A stretch of DNA of 62,924 bases, the filler included, from Octopus bimaculoides (taxonomy: Eukaryota), in assembly GCF_001194135.2 (NCBI RefSeq). It is 6 parts of 6 records of this genome, joined end to end, with 100 filler letters (N's around TTAATTAATTAA, not from the genome) between each part and the next. Parts side by side here need not be neighbours in the genome. Positions count along the whole stretch, not along the records: positions 36,925 to 42,185 come from NC_068983.1; positions 42,286 to 57,380 come from NC_068981.1; 4 more parts are not named here. The stretch is one strand, 5' to 3'. A program made the position numbers and the translations under genes. The notes beneath the pieces are model-generated. The model was not told where the DNA came from, made no database searches, and saw only the letters and a program-made list of their open reading frames with translations. Shown here one piece after another: positions 39,133 to 52,312 of the stretch (position 1 is its first letter; every line of letters begins with the position of its first letter).

Positions 39133-41545
39133 TATAGAAGCGCCCAGATCTTTTAAGTTCTTAGTGCCTGTATGAGTTTTAATTTAGCCCTGCTTCTATA
39201 GTTTGCAATACGAATATTGGAATCCCTGATGATGGTAGTAATTGTGCCAGTAGCTTGCATATTACTGATAAGTTGATTAGTTGTAGTGGTAACAGTAATG
39301 TCGTTTTTGCATGAGGTTTCTGTGATGTTGGTCTCACTGGCTTCACTGTTATGTAGTTTCATAGTATGCTTCGTGTATCTTTCCACGTTGGTTTCCTTCC
39401 ACAGTACATCCACCTTTGTGGGTACCTGCAGCTCTCTGATTTGTGGTTCCAACTACAGCTGTTTTCACTAAATTTTATTCCAGTAAAAAATATAATTTTA
39501 AGGTTTTTTAAATTAAATTTCACTTTCGCTTTCAGTAACCAAGTTCCTATTTCTGTGTCTTATCTAATTTTACAGTATAGACCACAAATTCGTATTCTGT
39601 GTAGCCAGTCATAAGAAAAGATAGATACGGTACGCTGGATTGATCCACCGACCTAACAAAAAGACTGTCAAGATACGATCTGTATGACCTGACGTTCTTT
39701 GTCCTATCTATATTGGAGAAATCCCATAAATTCCTGGTAAACAAGTGGAAGTGCATGAGTTCTAATATTAATAATAACATAATCTTAGCTTACGCCAAAG
39801 ACACTATCAAACTCGCGTTTTAACACTAATGAATGGGATGCTCAAAAATGTTTCTTGATATTTGAAGAAGTTCGTGCACCCGAACATAACTGAATATTAA
39901 ACGAACTTTGGTCTAAGGGCTTCACCTTCACTGCAGTTTACTGCTTTTAGATCCTGAGGACGTGTCGACTAATGTCGAATTTTTCTTTTTGGCAAGCATT
40001 TGATCTCCCATCTCACATCTTTTTTTGATCAAGTGACGAAAAATTGAAAGCGGGTAACAGAACATCCATGTATGTGTGTACATAATCACCCCCATCCAAA
40101 ACACACGCTCACACACATATGCACGCTGACACATATGTATGTATGTATGTATCTATGTGTATGTGTATATATACGCACGCGTGTGTGTTGTGTTGTTTAG
40201 AGTGAATGGGTATTTCTATGAGGAAACTTTGGGTTGCTGCTGTAATTATAGAATTGGAATCACTTTTGAAGTCGCTTCTGTCGGTTTTGAAATTGTAGCG
40301 TTGACATCAAGAGAGGCGGGTGGGAGTCTCACAAATGTTTTCCTTTCTGTAAGGAAGAAAATTATTCATAAGGCCGGTGTTTACACATTATATCTCTGAC
40401 TGCAACCGTTATTCACTCTTCACTCTGTAATATAATCCCGAATGCTGAAGAAAGCAAGCTGTTTTGGGGGAGAAGCTTGTCTCATCAATGTAAGCAGTAT
40501 TAGAAATATGTGATGTACATTTTCAGTTTGAAACCATACGGGAAAAATCATAAGTGTTGATAGGATAAAAAGTACGTGTACTAAAATATTTATTCTAAAT
40601 TTATGACGTCTTTAGTAATAGGTAAAAAACTACTGCAGTGCATATACTTTTGGTCCGTTGACCCTACTACATTATTTGTGACTGTAGCTTCAGCCTTAAA
40701 CTTGTTTTTCATTTGTTCGCAGTTTTAAGTTTCCGTCATTGGGCTGGACTAAGACTGAATGAAGTGTTTAACAAAATGTCTCTATTTTCATTTCTATTAG
40801 TTCGAAATTTTATTGATACCAGTCATTTAGGTTGTTGCAACCCCAGGACATCGCCTTATACTTCACAACCACACAAATACATGTTTGAATACGAAACGTA
40901 CATGGACATAATCGAATATTACAACGCCCGGAAGAAGTTTCTCTTATCAACATGCACGTCTAGAGGTATTTCAAATCGTGATTGAATGAATGAAGTAACA
41001 TCTTTTCACTGTGGTGGATACATCAATATGAGAAGGTGAGAAGAAAATAGACTGATCCTGTTTTCCGGCAGTTATCAATGCACGTGGAAATGCTTACCTT
41101 AAGATGTATGTATGTATGTATGTATGTATGTATGTATGTATGTATGTATGTATGCATGTATGTATATATATATATATATATATAGTTTATTGTTTCGTCA
41201 AGATAAGATCAACAAAAGAAGTACTCCATCAAGTGAGTGATAAATGTCGTTTAATGTACACGAGCTGTTAATAATGTCTTGTATCCAAGCAATCTCTTGA
41301 TTACACGGTCTGTTCGATTTACAAATTGAGAGCATATGCTCAGACGTGAAGATTGCTTGGAGACACAAGGTGTGTTATAAAAATCTGCCTAGATCCGCGT
41401 CTCTAAAGCAAGAATTTATCAGTAGCTCGTATCTTTCAACTGTCTACATTAAATGGTATCTATTATATATATACATGCATACATACAAGATAGATACACA
41501 CACATTTATGTATGTATATACATACATATATTTATATATATTTAC

Positions 41546-41586
<41 letters not shown>

Positions 41587-42185
41587 NNNNNNNNNNNNNN
41601 NNNNNNNNNNNNNNNNNNNNNNNNNNNNNNNNNNNNNNNNNNNNNNNNNNNNNNNNNNNNNNNNNNNNNNNNTATGTGTGCGTGCGTGAGGTTCTGCAAG
41701 TGTGTGTGTAATAACAGAACGTGTGTGTGCGTATGTATGTATGTGTGTGTGTATGTGTGTGTGTGTGCGTGGTTTGGTTGTTTATCTGTTAGTGTGTATG
41801 TGTGTGTTTGTGTGTGTGTGTGTGACGTAGTGGAAGGAATTAGTAGCAGGACTAGTTAGGGAGTGCTTGTGGACAATGGTCAGTATAAGGTAAGCAGGCA
41901 GTTTTTGAGTATGTGTGTGTGCGTGTGTGTTTGTATTGTGTGGGTTTGATTTCCTAGCAGTGTGTGCCTGTATTTTTTGTGTACGTGTGTGCATGTGTAT
42001 ATATATGTGTGTGTACTGTGTGTGTATATGCGTGCGGTTTGCTTTGTGGAACGCACGTGGGTTATTTCGTGTGTGTGTGTGTGTGTGTGTGTGCATGTAT
42101 ATGCGTAGTATGTGTTCGTGTATGTGTCACTGTTTGCTGTGTGTGTATGTGAGTTATGTGTGGGTTCATTTGCGTGTGTGTACAT

Positions 42186-42285
42186 NNNNNNNNNNNNNNN
42201 NNNNNNNNNNNNNNNNNNNNNNNNNNNNNTTAATTAATTAANNNNNNNNNNNNNNNNNNNNNNNNNNNNNNNNNNNNNNNNNNNN
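42186..42285. other. Artificial scaffold join
   Basis: 44 N + TTAATTAATTAA + N run. Confidence 0.95.
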
Positions 42286-42729
42286 AACAAACGAAGGTAA
42301 GAATTGTTTTCTCACGGTTGTAGCAATAGCGAAAGAGGTAGTATGGAAGACGAGGATAAAAGGAATTAAGACAGGCAACTTTATCTCTGACCACAATTTA
42401 CGTTCATTTTTTACTTTTCATTCGAAAAGGAAAGTGTGGCTGGAGAGGAGATGTCTGTCGGAGTGTACGTTCCAAAAGAGATGGAAGCATGTTGCACGAG
42501 TGTTGTGCGTGCAAGGAACCGTGTGAATAGTCAGAAAAAAAAGGTGCCAGCGATAGATCGGGGCTTGTGGGGTCGGAGCGTGGCCTGATCATCGCTTCAT
42601 TTGTGTTGTCTAACGTACTGTTAATGTCATTCGATTTCTTATATTTCATAAAATTTTTGAAGTCATATTTTATGTAAACCATTCGCATTACTGATCCCAA
42701 TCAGTTGTTTTGTACCATTCTATGTTTGG

Positions 42730-43137
42730 CCCCCTCTGGGCAATAAAGAAATTGGTATTTCGTCTGCCACTACGTTCTGCGTTCAAACTCCGCCGAGGTC
42801 GACTTTGCCTTTCATCCTTTCGGGGTCGATAAATTAAGTATCAGTTATGCACTAGGATCGATGTAATCGACTTAGTCCCTTTGTCTGTCCTTGTTTGTCC
42901 TCTCTATGTTTAGCTCCTTGTGGGCAATAAAAAAAAATAAGAAACGTCGGCACGCCGGGCGAAATGCTTAGCGGTATTTCGTCTGTCTTTACGTTATGAG
43001 TTCAAATCTCACTGAAGTCGACTTTGTCTTCTATCCTTTCGGGAATTGATAAAATAAGGACCAGTGAAGCTCTGGGGTCGATGTAATCGACTTAGCTCCT
43101 TCCCCCAAAATTGCTGGCCTTGTGCTAAAATTTGAAA
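42730..43137 (+). mobile_element. Tandem SINE family A units (A1 tail end, partial A1, A2-like)
   Basis: Junctions aaagaaattggtatttcg and aaaaataagaaacgtcggcacgcc. Confidence 0.8.
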
Positions 43138-43479
43138 CCTGTATGTATGTACGTGCGTGCGCATAGGTGTGGGTGTGCATAGAAGAAATTTGCTTCCCAG
43201 TGACAGGGTTTCAATTTCAGCCTCACTGTGTGGTACCTTCTACTACTATGGCCCCTGGCCGACCAGTTCCTTATGGCTGGATTTGGTTGACGGAAACTAA
43301 AAGAATCCCGTTAGACCAATAGAATAAGTACTAGGCTTAAAAAATAAGCACTTGGGATGATTTTTTAAACTCATATTCTTCAAAGTGGTGCTCCAGCATG
43401 GCTACAATCTTAATGACTGAAACACGTAATATGATAAAAAAAATACATATGCATGCACACATACACACGCGTATGTGTA

Positions 43480-43512
<33 letters not shown>

Positions 43513-43715
43513 CTGTGTTTGTGTTTGCTTCTGTCTCCCAGTACCATTTGGTAACCGGTGCTGTTTTATTTACATCCTCGTAATCTAGCGACTCGTCAAA
43601 AGAGTCCGATAGCATATGTGAGAAGCTTAAAAAAAGTTTTGGGTCTATTTGTTCGACTAACTCCTTCAAAGCAGTATCCCAGTATGACTGCAGTCCAGTG
43701 ACTAAAATAAATAAA

Positions 43716-43746
<31 letters not shown>

Positions 43747-43856
43747 GAGCAGCGATTTGGAAAATCTCGATGGTATATATATCAACACAAAAACAAATAC
43801 CTGGCGAGCAGTAAAACAAAATAGTTGCTGATAATAGAAACAAGGAATTAGGGCTC

Positions 43857-44290
43857 TGTAATTGTGCTAGGAATAAGGTATGCCCCTTAAACTCTAAATA
43901 CTTGAGGAATAACATAGTGTATAGATGCAAAATCACTTCTGAGGAAAGAACATACTTCTATATAGGAACCAGCCTGCTCAATGTTTTTTTTAAAAAGGAC
44001 TTGCTAATAATTTAAATTCATTTATAGATAAAAGTAAAATGAACACCGTGACCCGAAGCTAACTATTCTGGTTCTTTTAAAGTAGGAACAATAACTTTAC
44101 CACGAGATGCGAGATAATTAGTACGGCTAAGATGTATCGAGCCGTATCGAGCAGGAGGAAATAAATGTGAGTTATGTATAGAAGAAATGTACCAAATCTT
44201 TACATCGAGACACAAATTACTCAATAGCAGGCTGGAACAGGCCTTAAGATGCTTACATAAACATACCAAAACATTTAAGAAGTTTCACAC
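43857..44290 (+). pseudogene. Penelope-like (Neptune-type) GIY-YIG endonuclease remnant
   Basis: CNCARNKVCPLNSKYLRNNIVYRCKITSEERTYFYIGT, then after frameshifts EIISTAK.YRAGGNKCELCIEEMYQIFTSRHKLLNSRLEQALRCLH; matches the CNC..CPL, xVY/YIG and CxLC..LLNxR..CxH pattern. Confidence 0.8.
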
Positions 44291-44856
44291 ATCTCCTAAA
44301 CTCCCCCAAATGCATGACCTTTTGTGAACTAACCTAATACACATTTTTCTCCATTCTGCTACCCAGCATCAATGCCAGCCACGAAAATATATGAATAACA
44401 GAACTAAACCACCCTAAAAAAAATATGTTACAAGACCCATGCTTGAAATTAAGGCTATTGAGCGTCCATACTACGATGCAGAAAGAAGCCTGCCAAAGCA
44501 GTCACATAAACTTCGACTTAATTAGATAGAATCCTAACTCCGGCCAGCAACTGGTGTGAAACCGAGGTCAACAACACAAACTTGCAAACAGATCAGATTT
44601 CAGATTCAAAGCAACTTCCTCTCACTTTCCCCTGAACCCTATTCAGCTCATTTCGGACCTAATTGGCCGAAAGATCTCGAAAGAAGCTGCACAGTAAGTT
44701 ATGAACGGGTATATGTGCAACTGCCCATAATCTTTGCAGTGGAAATACGTGTAGGTCGACATAACTATAAAAATATGGTGTATGAAATTCTAAGATATAT
44801 AGAAATAAATTTTGAGGATGTACGAGTCTCCATGTTCTCTACCGTTGTAATTATTA

Positions 44857-44901
<45 letters not shown>

Positions 44902-45084
44902 CAATCAAGAAAAATAGAACTCAAAATATATGTATAGTTTTTATTAATATTTTAGCAGAAGCACTTTGATAAGTGCCAACGCATGAAAATCGCCGTCGTT
45001 GAGTCGTTCTGTGTTTTTTCTGCTAAATATTGATAATAATAATAATGTCTGTGTGTCTGTCTGTGTGTATGGTCCACTGAACTC

Positions 45085-45265
45085 AACACGTTTTTATTCA
45101 TTTTCTCTGTTTATTTCCTCTTATTCTTTTCTGTCGAAGAGCGTAGGCTCGAAACATAAAATACTTTTCCATTTTTCCCGGACGTCAAACTAATACACTT
45201 GCTTGTTGTTCGTTCACCTGTCTTCGTCTTTGTTTTTCTATAAATTTGAACTGTATATATATGAG
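45085..45265 (+). mobile_element. Family D element with minimal hammerhead motif (45128-45161)
   Basis: ttt CTGTCGA a GAGC-gtag-GCTC GAAACATA aaa; ends in tatatata. Confidence 0.7.
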
Positions 45266-45455
45266 GAGTGTATACATATATTTACATGTATATTCTATAC
45301 ACAAGTGAATAGTGATGTAACATCGATTATGTAACTGCTGCAAACTAATGGAATAGACATCTATTCACTCACTTCACTTTGCTTCTCGGATTAAGTTATA
45401 CATATGCGTGTGTGTATGTATGTATGTATACACACACTTGTACATATACACACAA

Positions 45456-45565
<110 letters not shown>

Positions 45566-45704
45566 AGTAATCCCTCGGTTCACTTATCGTGGTTTATTAT
45601 TTAAGCTTACATCGATTCCTCTGTGGTGTTGTTTTGTATTTATGATAAAATAAATATATGCAAATTATAAAAATAACAATAAAAATTACCGTACAGTACT
45701 GTTT

Positions 45705-45940
45705 CTTATTTCTTTATTGCCCGCAAGGGGCTAAACATAGAGGGGACAAACAAGGACAGACAAAGGGATAAAGTCGATTATATCGACTCCAGTGCATAAC
45801 TGGTACTTAGTTTATCGACCCCGAAAGGATGAAAGGTAAAGTTGACCTCGGCGGAATTTGAACTCAGAACGTAACGGCAGACGAAATACCGCTAAGCATT
45901 TCGCCCAGCGTGCTAACGTTTCTGTCAGCTCACCGCCTTA
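45705..45940 (-). mobile_element. SINE family A, full length, tail A1
   Basis: Homologous to 154-385. Confidence 0.9.
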
Positions 45941-46674
45941 CCCTACAGTAGTTTCTACTTCGCAGATTTTCACCTATCGCGTGAAGTTTTGGAACGTAGC
46001 ACCTGCGATAGCCGAGGGATTATTACATATAAGAAGATACAGTAAGTTTGATAAAGATATTCTTTCTATCTTTGTCTGGGATTAAAATTGTCATGAAAAA
46101 TATGACCACCATCTACCAGAAAGCGCAGTAAGATTTTTCTGAATTGATTTTACGAAAGGAAAAAAAAATATTCTGCCTTTCCTCAACGCTCGATAATACA
46201 ATAACTAACGAGTATATAGAAGCGCGAAAAGAAAAAAGAAAAGACACAGATGAATGCGTAGATAAATAAGTAGATGTGTAGATGATAAAATATGACAAAA
46301 TAACAGAATAGCTGTCGACAGAAAGTCTTGTTGTCGATTGAAGTTTGAATTTTATTGTGCATGGTGTGGTCGTTGTTGAGTTAAAAAAAAGTCATCATTG
46401 AGTTATGTAACTTGAAAGCTCTTAGAAAATATGAAATGAAACTTATATCAGTGACGACAACGTTGTAAGAATTTGCGGGAAGGGGAGGATGGGATGTCAG
46501 TGATATTGTTTTTCTTTCTCGAATCTACCGGGAATTTTGAGTACTTTTGTACGTATGTATGTATGTATGTATATATGTATGTATTTACGCATGCATATAT
46601 GTATTTACGTATGCATATATGTATGTATGCATGTATGTATATGTGCACACACACATATATATATGTATGCATAA

Positions 46675-46706
<32 letters not shown>

Positions 46707-46720
46707 CAATTAGAAAATGG

Positions 46721-46850
46721 AGGATAATATGCTGAACCCAACTACTTGCAGACGATGTATCCCGTTGAATTCATTATTTTAATATGAATTAAATTAATGA
46801 ATTCAACGGGATACACCGTCTGCAAGTAGTTGAGTTCAGCATATTATCCT
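46721..46850. repeat. Near-perfect inverted repeat, 56-bp arms, 18-nt spacer
   Basis: 46721-46776 versus 46795-46850, two mismatches; right arm runs into a gap; near (TA)n. Confidence 0.9.
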
Positions 46851-47372
46851 NNNNNNNNNNNNNNNNNNNNNNNNNNNNNNNNNNNNNNNNNNNNNNNNNN
46901 NNNNNNNNNNNNNNNNNNNNNNNNNNNNNNNNNNNNNNNNNNNNNNNNNNNNNNNNNNNNNNNNNNNNNNNNNNNNNNNNNNNNNNNNNNNNNNNNNNNN
47001 NNNNNNNNNNNNNNNNNNNNNNNNNNNNNNNNNNNNNNNNNNNNNNNNNNNNNNNNNNNNNNNNNNNNNNNNNNNNNNNNNNNNNNNNNNNNNNNNNNNN
47101 NNNNNNNNNNNNNNNNNNNNNNATATATATGTATATATATTTGTATGTGTATGCATATGTGCATATATATGTAAAATAATACGTATGTTTATGTATATTA
47201 CGTTTGCATGTTGTTTATCAATATACATACATATGTATATACAGGTATGTATGTGTATGTATATATATATGTGTGTGTGTGCATATATATATGTATATAT
47301 GTTTGTATATATATATATATATATGCATGTGTATATAGTGTGTGCATATATATATACATGTATATATGTTTG

Positions 47373-47407
<35 letters not shown>

Positions 47408-48068
47408 TTGTGTGCGTGTGTGTGCGCGCGCGCGCGTAGTTGCACATTAGCAGAAACCTTTCAAGCTCCCCATATATTAGTGACATTACAAAGAAATACT
47501 TTCCACACACAGAGAGAAGTATTGTGAAGTCGCAGACATATATCATGCATCTTGATTGTGTGAGTCCCAAGCCACTCAGAATTTCCAACTCTTCAATAAG
47601 CCACCACTTCAGGACAATTATCTTCTGCAGGAAGTACTTTTGTTGCCACATCCAATCTCTAATATTGATTATTTTTGAAGTTCGCTACGGAACAGCTTTT
47701 AAAAATCAGTTCCAAGATCTATCGAAAATCTTCTTCAAATCATCAATGTAGTAGAACATGGTTTCCGAGTTTGCGTAAATTGAAGAAGATAAGAAATATT
47801 TCGCTCAAGGAAATAGCCGTAAGTACCGGCCAACCAGACAGACATAGAGAGAGAGAGAGAGAAATATATATTTATTTCTTATAATAATAGTTAGGAAGTA
47901 TTCTGTATCGTTATTTCTTTCCCATGTAGAGAGAAGAATCTTCTAAAATTCTTTTTATTAACTAAAATGAGCAATATTTCAGTATCTAGGACCTTTTCTA
48001 ATGAGTACAGTCTGTGCGACATTACATTTTTTTTTCTGCTGTTGAGATTTTCAATTTCTTATATATGC

Positions 48069-48810
48069 TAAGGCAGCGAGCTGGCAGAAACGTTAGCGCG
48101 CCGGGCGAAATGATTAGCAGTATTTCGTCTGCCATTACGTTCTGACTTCAAATTCCGCCGAGGTTGACTTTGCTTTTCATCCTTTCGGGGTCGATGTAAT
48201 CGACTTAATCCCTTTGTGTGTCCTTGTTTGTCCTCTCTATGTTTAGCTCTTTGTGGGCAATAAAGAAATAAGAAACGTTAACACGCCAGGCGAAATGCTT
48301 CGGTAATTCGTTCTGACTTAAAATTCCGCCGAAGTCGACTTTGCCTTTCATCCTTTCGGTGTCGATAAATTAAGTACCAGTTGCATACTGGGGTCGATCT
48401 AATTGACTGCACCCCCGCCCCCAAATTTTCGAGCCTTGTGCCTAAATTAGAAAAGAATTTAAGGCGGCGAGCTGGCAGAAACGTTAGCATGCCGAGCGAA
48501 ACGCTTATTGGTATTTCGTCTGCCACTGCGTTCTGAGTTCAAATTCCGCCGAGGTCGACTTTGCCTTTCATCCTTTCGGGGTCGATAAATTAAGTACCAG
48601 TTACGCACTGGGGTCGATATAATCGACTTAATCCGTTTGTCTGTCCTTGTTTGTCCCCTCTGTGTGTAGCCCCTTGTGGGCAGTAAAGAAATAGGTATTT
48701 CATCCTTTCAGGGTCGATAAATTAAGTACCAGTTGCATACTGGCCCGATTTACTCGACTGGCCCCCTCCCCAAAATTTTCGGCTCTTGTGCCTAGAGTAG
48801 AAAAAAAAAT
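48069..48810 (+). mobile_element. Four-unit head-to-tail SINE family A array (A1-A2-A1-A2)
   Basis: Units start at about 48069, 48271, 48460 and 48694, with alternating tails. Confidence 0.85.
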
Positions 48811-48844
48811 TCTTATATACATTTTTCTTATAAAGGTTGGCAGC

Positions 48845-49135
48845 AGCTATGGTCATGTCAATAATTCTGCATAGGTGCTCTCTTTTTCACTGATCTTCAG
48901 CTTTCTGTTAACATCCGCTGGGCAGCTAATTTCCACAACTGTGCACAGTTTCTCTTCTCTTTCCCAAATCATTATTCCAGGTCAGTTGTGTTTAGATTTT
49001 ATCGAAGTCTTCATTGGTACATTCCACTAGTATTCCTTTTTATTATGAGTGGCCGTGGCTTCTACCATATTGTGTGTTTTTATTTCTTTGTCCACGGGAT
49101 TATCCTATCGACGGATTTCAATATAGAGTGTCCCA
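48845..49135 (-). pseudogene. Decayed restriction-like endonuclease domain, probably of the (CATA)n family
   Basis: KEY*WNVPMKTSIKSKHN*PGIMIWEREEKLCTVVEISCPADVNRKLKISEKESTYAELL: a decayed RPD..E-x-x-CP motif whose end aligns with KEDIYGQLL of 20126. Confidence 0.7.
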
Positions 49136-49205
49136 GCTATGTATGTATGTATGTATGTATGTACGTATGTATGTTTGTATGTATGTATGTATGTATGTAT
49201 GTATG

Positions 49206-49365
49206 TTCTCTTCTATTTTTAATTATTTTAAATTCTTCCTCTGAGGAAGGAGTTAGTTTCTAACAAAGGTACAAAGCTCCATCTTTGGAATGTAAATAAC
49301 AAAAACACATGTCGCACTTTAAACTTGAGAAAAGTCTTGTATATTCTTATTGGTTCACTAACATT
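49206..49365 (-). mobile_element. Second 3' end of the (CATA)n-flanked RLE element
   Basis: Shares aagacttttctcaagtt, aaagatggagc.ttgta.ctttgtt.gaaac and aattaaaa.atagaagaga with 20330-20469; (TATG)n on both sides. Confidence 0.8.
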
Positions 49366-50291
49366 GTATTTGTATGTATGTATGTATGTACGTCGGTATT
49401 ACACACAAGATTTGATTTTTTTTTTAATGAACATGAAATAAAAGTATGTTATGCAAACAGGCAGAAGAAAATTAGAGTATATTTTATGGAAATAACAACA
49501 GAGTTCCATGTTGCACCTGACGTGAACCTATTTTAGGGCTCAATATTTCTGTTTTTTATAACGTTCAGCAAAGTTTCTAGAACCTTCGAAAATACCGTTT
49601 TATTGGTTACATGCCAGCCAATTGATCGGAAAGCGTTTACGTCGTCGTTAATGCCTTTTATGGCGATATACTTAAATTCACGGAGGTGATCATGCCTTTT
49701 ATAGAAATATAATTAGACCATCATTTTAAATTGGGAATCTGAACAAGAGGGTTCGAATTTAAGGAGCAGCTTTACAAAAGCGCTGCATGTATTTTCGTGG
49801 TTTTTGATGACTTTGTAAGTGGAGGGCATGTTCCTTTTAAACTATTTTGTTCTATGTATATTATCAATTGCAAAACATTTTATGGCGCTTGGTAACTTCG
49901 TTTTAGTAGAGTGTCTTGCTACTTTTCGAGGTAAATATCTCGTCCAGTTTTGCAAGTTATGTTGACCAGTTCACATTGTACGAAGCCTTTCTGCCATTCT
50001 GCAAAGCGACAGAATGTATGGCGCCCATTTGTCAATTTATCTGTTAAATTAATCCATCATCCTAGAACAGATATGCATTTAATCTTTATACGCTGATTAG
50101 TTGTGTTTAAAATGGATTTTGAAATATGTTATAATAAGAACCCATTGCACTCAGTTATTAAGTTGATTTCATTTAATATTAGCGAGAGAAACCATTTTCC
50201 CCGAGATACAAGGTGCAGCAAAAGTAAAGAACCCTTCCAAATTAGCTACATGAAAACACCATTGACACCTGCCACACCAATTATCATCATC

Positions 50292-50620
50292 ATCATCATC
50301 ATCATTTAACGTCCTTCTTCTAAGCTGGCATGGGTTGGACAGTTTGACAGGAGCTGACAAGCTGGAGAGCTTTAGCATAGTGTTTACGGCTAGATGCCCT
50401 TCCTAATGCTAACCTCTTTACAGGATCTACTGAGTGCTTTTTATGTGGCACCAACAGTGACGTTTTTTTTTTACGTGGAACCGGCACTAGTAGGGTCGCC
50501 AATTAACTTTCGAGACGAAAACCTCTCAGCTGGAGGAGGGCGTAGAACAACGGGAAATGGTTTTGTGCCAGTTGAGAGGTTAAAGTATAATAGAGGAATA
50601 GAGATGGGTTTCTTATTGTA
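50292..50620 (-). mobile_element. Retroposon family G with (ATG)n tail, degenerate
   Basis: Minus ends ...ccaacccatgccagcttagaagaaggacgttaaatgatgatgatg; assignment by recall of a common SINE tail, single copy here. Confidence 0.45.
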
Positions 50621-51975
50621 GAGGAGATACCTGGCTACCTCAGTAGGAAAAGAAAGGAGGAGGAAGAGAAAGATAGAAAGACAATCAAAGTGAAGAGGAG
50701 AGAGAGAGAGAAATAGATAGTGCTGGAGATTCATCGAGACCTACCCTAAGGTAGCAGTGGAGGGAGTATGTGATACAGATGAGATGGGGGGGGTATGGTA
50801 TGTTCCATAAGAATGGCCACATAAGACATGAAATGTATTTTATAAGGACATTAGTGTGGCACTTGTGAGGTTAGGAAGATGGTCATGGTATCTTCCTTTA
50901 ACCAATGTGAGAAGATTTTTGCCACGCGCTGTTTTTTTATTTACACTTACTTCCATTTTTTTCCTATAGAAGAAAAAAAAAAAAGAGAAAACTGGAATTA
51001 GATCTACACTTGTGGTGACTGACTTAATTCGAGTGTTATTGCATTTAATCTAGACACAAGTCTTACAGATTTGGCGGATAAGATTAGCTGATTAAATCGG
51101 TTCCAGTACTTGACTGGTACTTTACGTTACCGATTCCGTGAGGATGAAAATCAAAGCCAACAACGACAGGATTTGAATTCAGAACGTCGAGTCGCTAGGC
51201 AGTTTTGTACCGGTGGCTTAGCAGAACTTAAAAATGGATCTGCTAAGCCATTTTTGATGTTATTAATAATAGAATATTTTTGAGTGGTTAGTAATAATAG
51301 AATCGTTAGTTGAACATTTAGAATCAACTCAAAACACAACAACAACAACAACAACAACAACAACATATAATGAATGATTAAAGAACACGTAGAATATGAA
51401 TTGGCTGAGGATAACAACAGATTTGTATGAGCGTTGTTTGTAGATGCAAATACAGTTTGCTTGAATTGATAATAAAACCCCAAGTTAATTTAATAATCGC
51501 ACTTGAAACAGCCTTAGATTGAAACATCAGTGTGTATAAACATTTATTATGTGAATTTATTACCTGTATACAAACGCGGAGCATAAAAGCCTCTATGAAA
51601 TGTTTCTCAGATAAAATATTGCACCTATACCGTTCCATATTTGTGTACACATTATGAAATTGTATACACACAGGTATTTTAATCTAAGGTTGTTTCAAGT
51701 GCATATATTAATCTCATTTAGTCCGAATACCATTCACACGTATCAACAAATATTCTGTTTGCCAATTTCTATATCAGAACAATCACTTTTGGGCTTAGCT
51801 CAGAACGTCCTGGATATTCGTCACTGTGGAGACCAAATCAGATAGAAACTTTGTGTCTAATGATTCACTGCCGTTCTGAACAAAGTTCTGTGTTTTTAAC
51901 ACAATAAAGTCTCTTTGAGAAGTGTGTTTGTTATAAAATATTACACCTAGCGTCGTTCGTACATTGTAAATGTTA

Positions 51976-52312
51976 AACGCAAGGTGGACAGAAAAAGGGC
52001 TTCAAAGACACACTCAAAACGTTATTGAAGAGCTTTGAGATCAAGTCTGCCCTGCCTGGTGAAGCTGTACCAACTGAGGTACCACCTCCTACGAACAGAA
52101 CAGGATTGCAAGGGCACAAAGAAAATGTCTACAACGCTAGTCCAGAGGCGAAAGTCTTTGCTTTCAGTTCCAACTGTGCCTGACCTGCGGCAGAGCGTTC
52201 CGAGCATGCATTGGACTGATTGGCCACAGCCGGACACGCCGTACCCCGTCTTCTTCTCGCATGTGATGTCTTTGGTCATCGTCGACAACGATGGACGAAC
52301 TAATAATAATAA
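51976..52312 (+). mobile_element. RTE/Bov-B-like LINE 3' end, decayed
   Basis: QGGQKKGFKDTLKTLLKSFEI...CLTCGRAFRACIGLIGHSRT; 3' UTR matches 17370-17419. Confidence 0.85.

Noticed and set aside
44535-44575. CCAG/CUGG hairpin plus GAAACCGAGGUC downstream of the Penelope remnant
   Set aside because: No CUGANGA core and no stem I.
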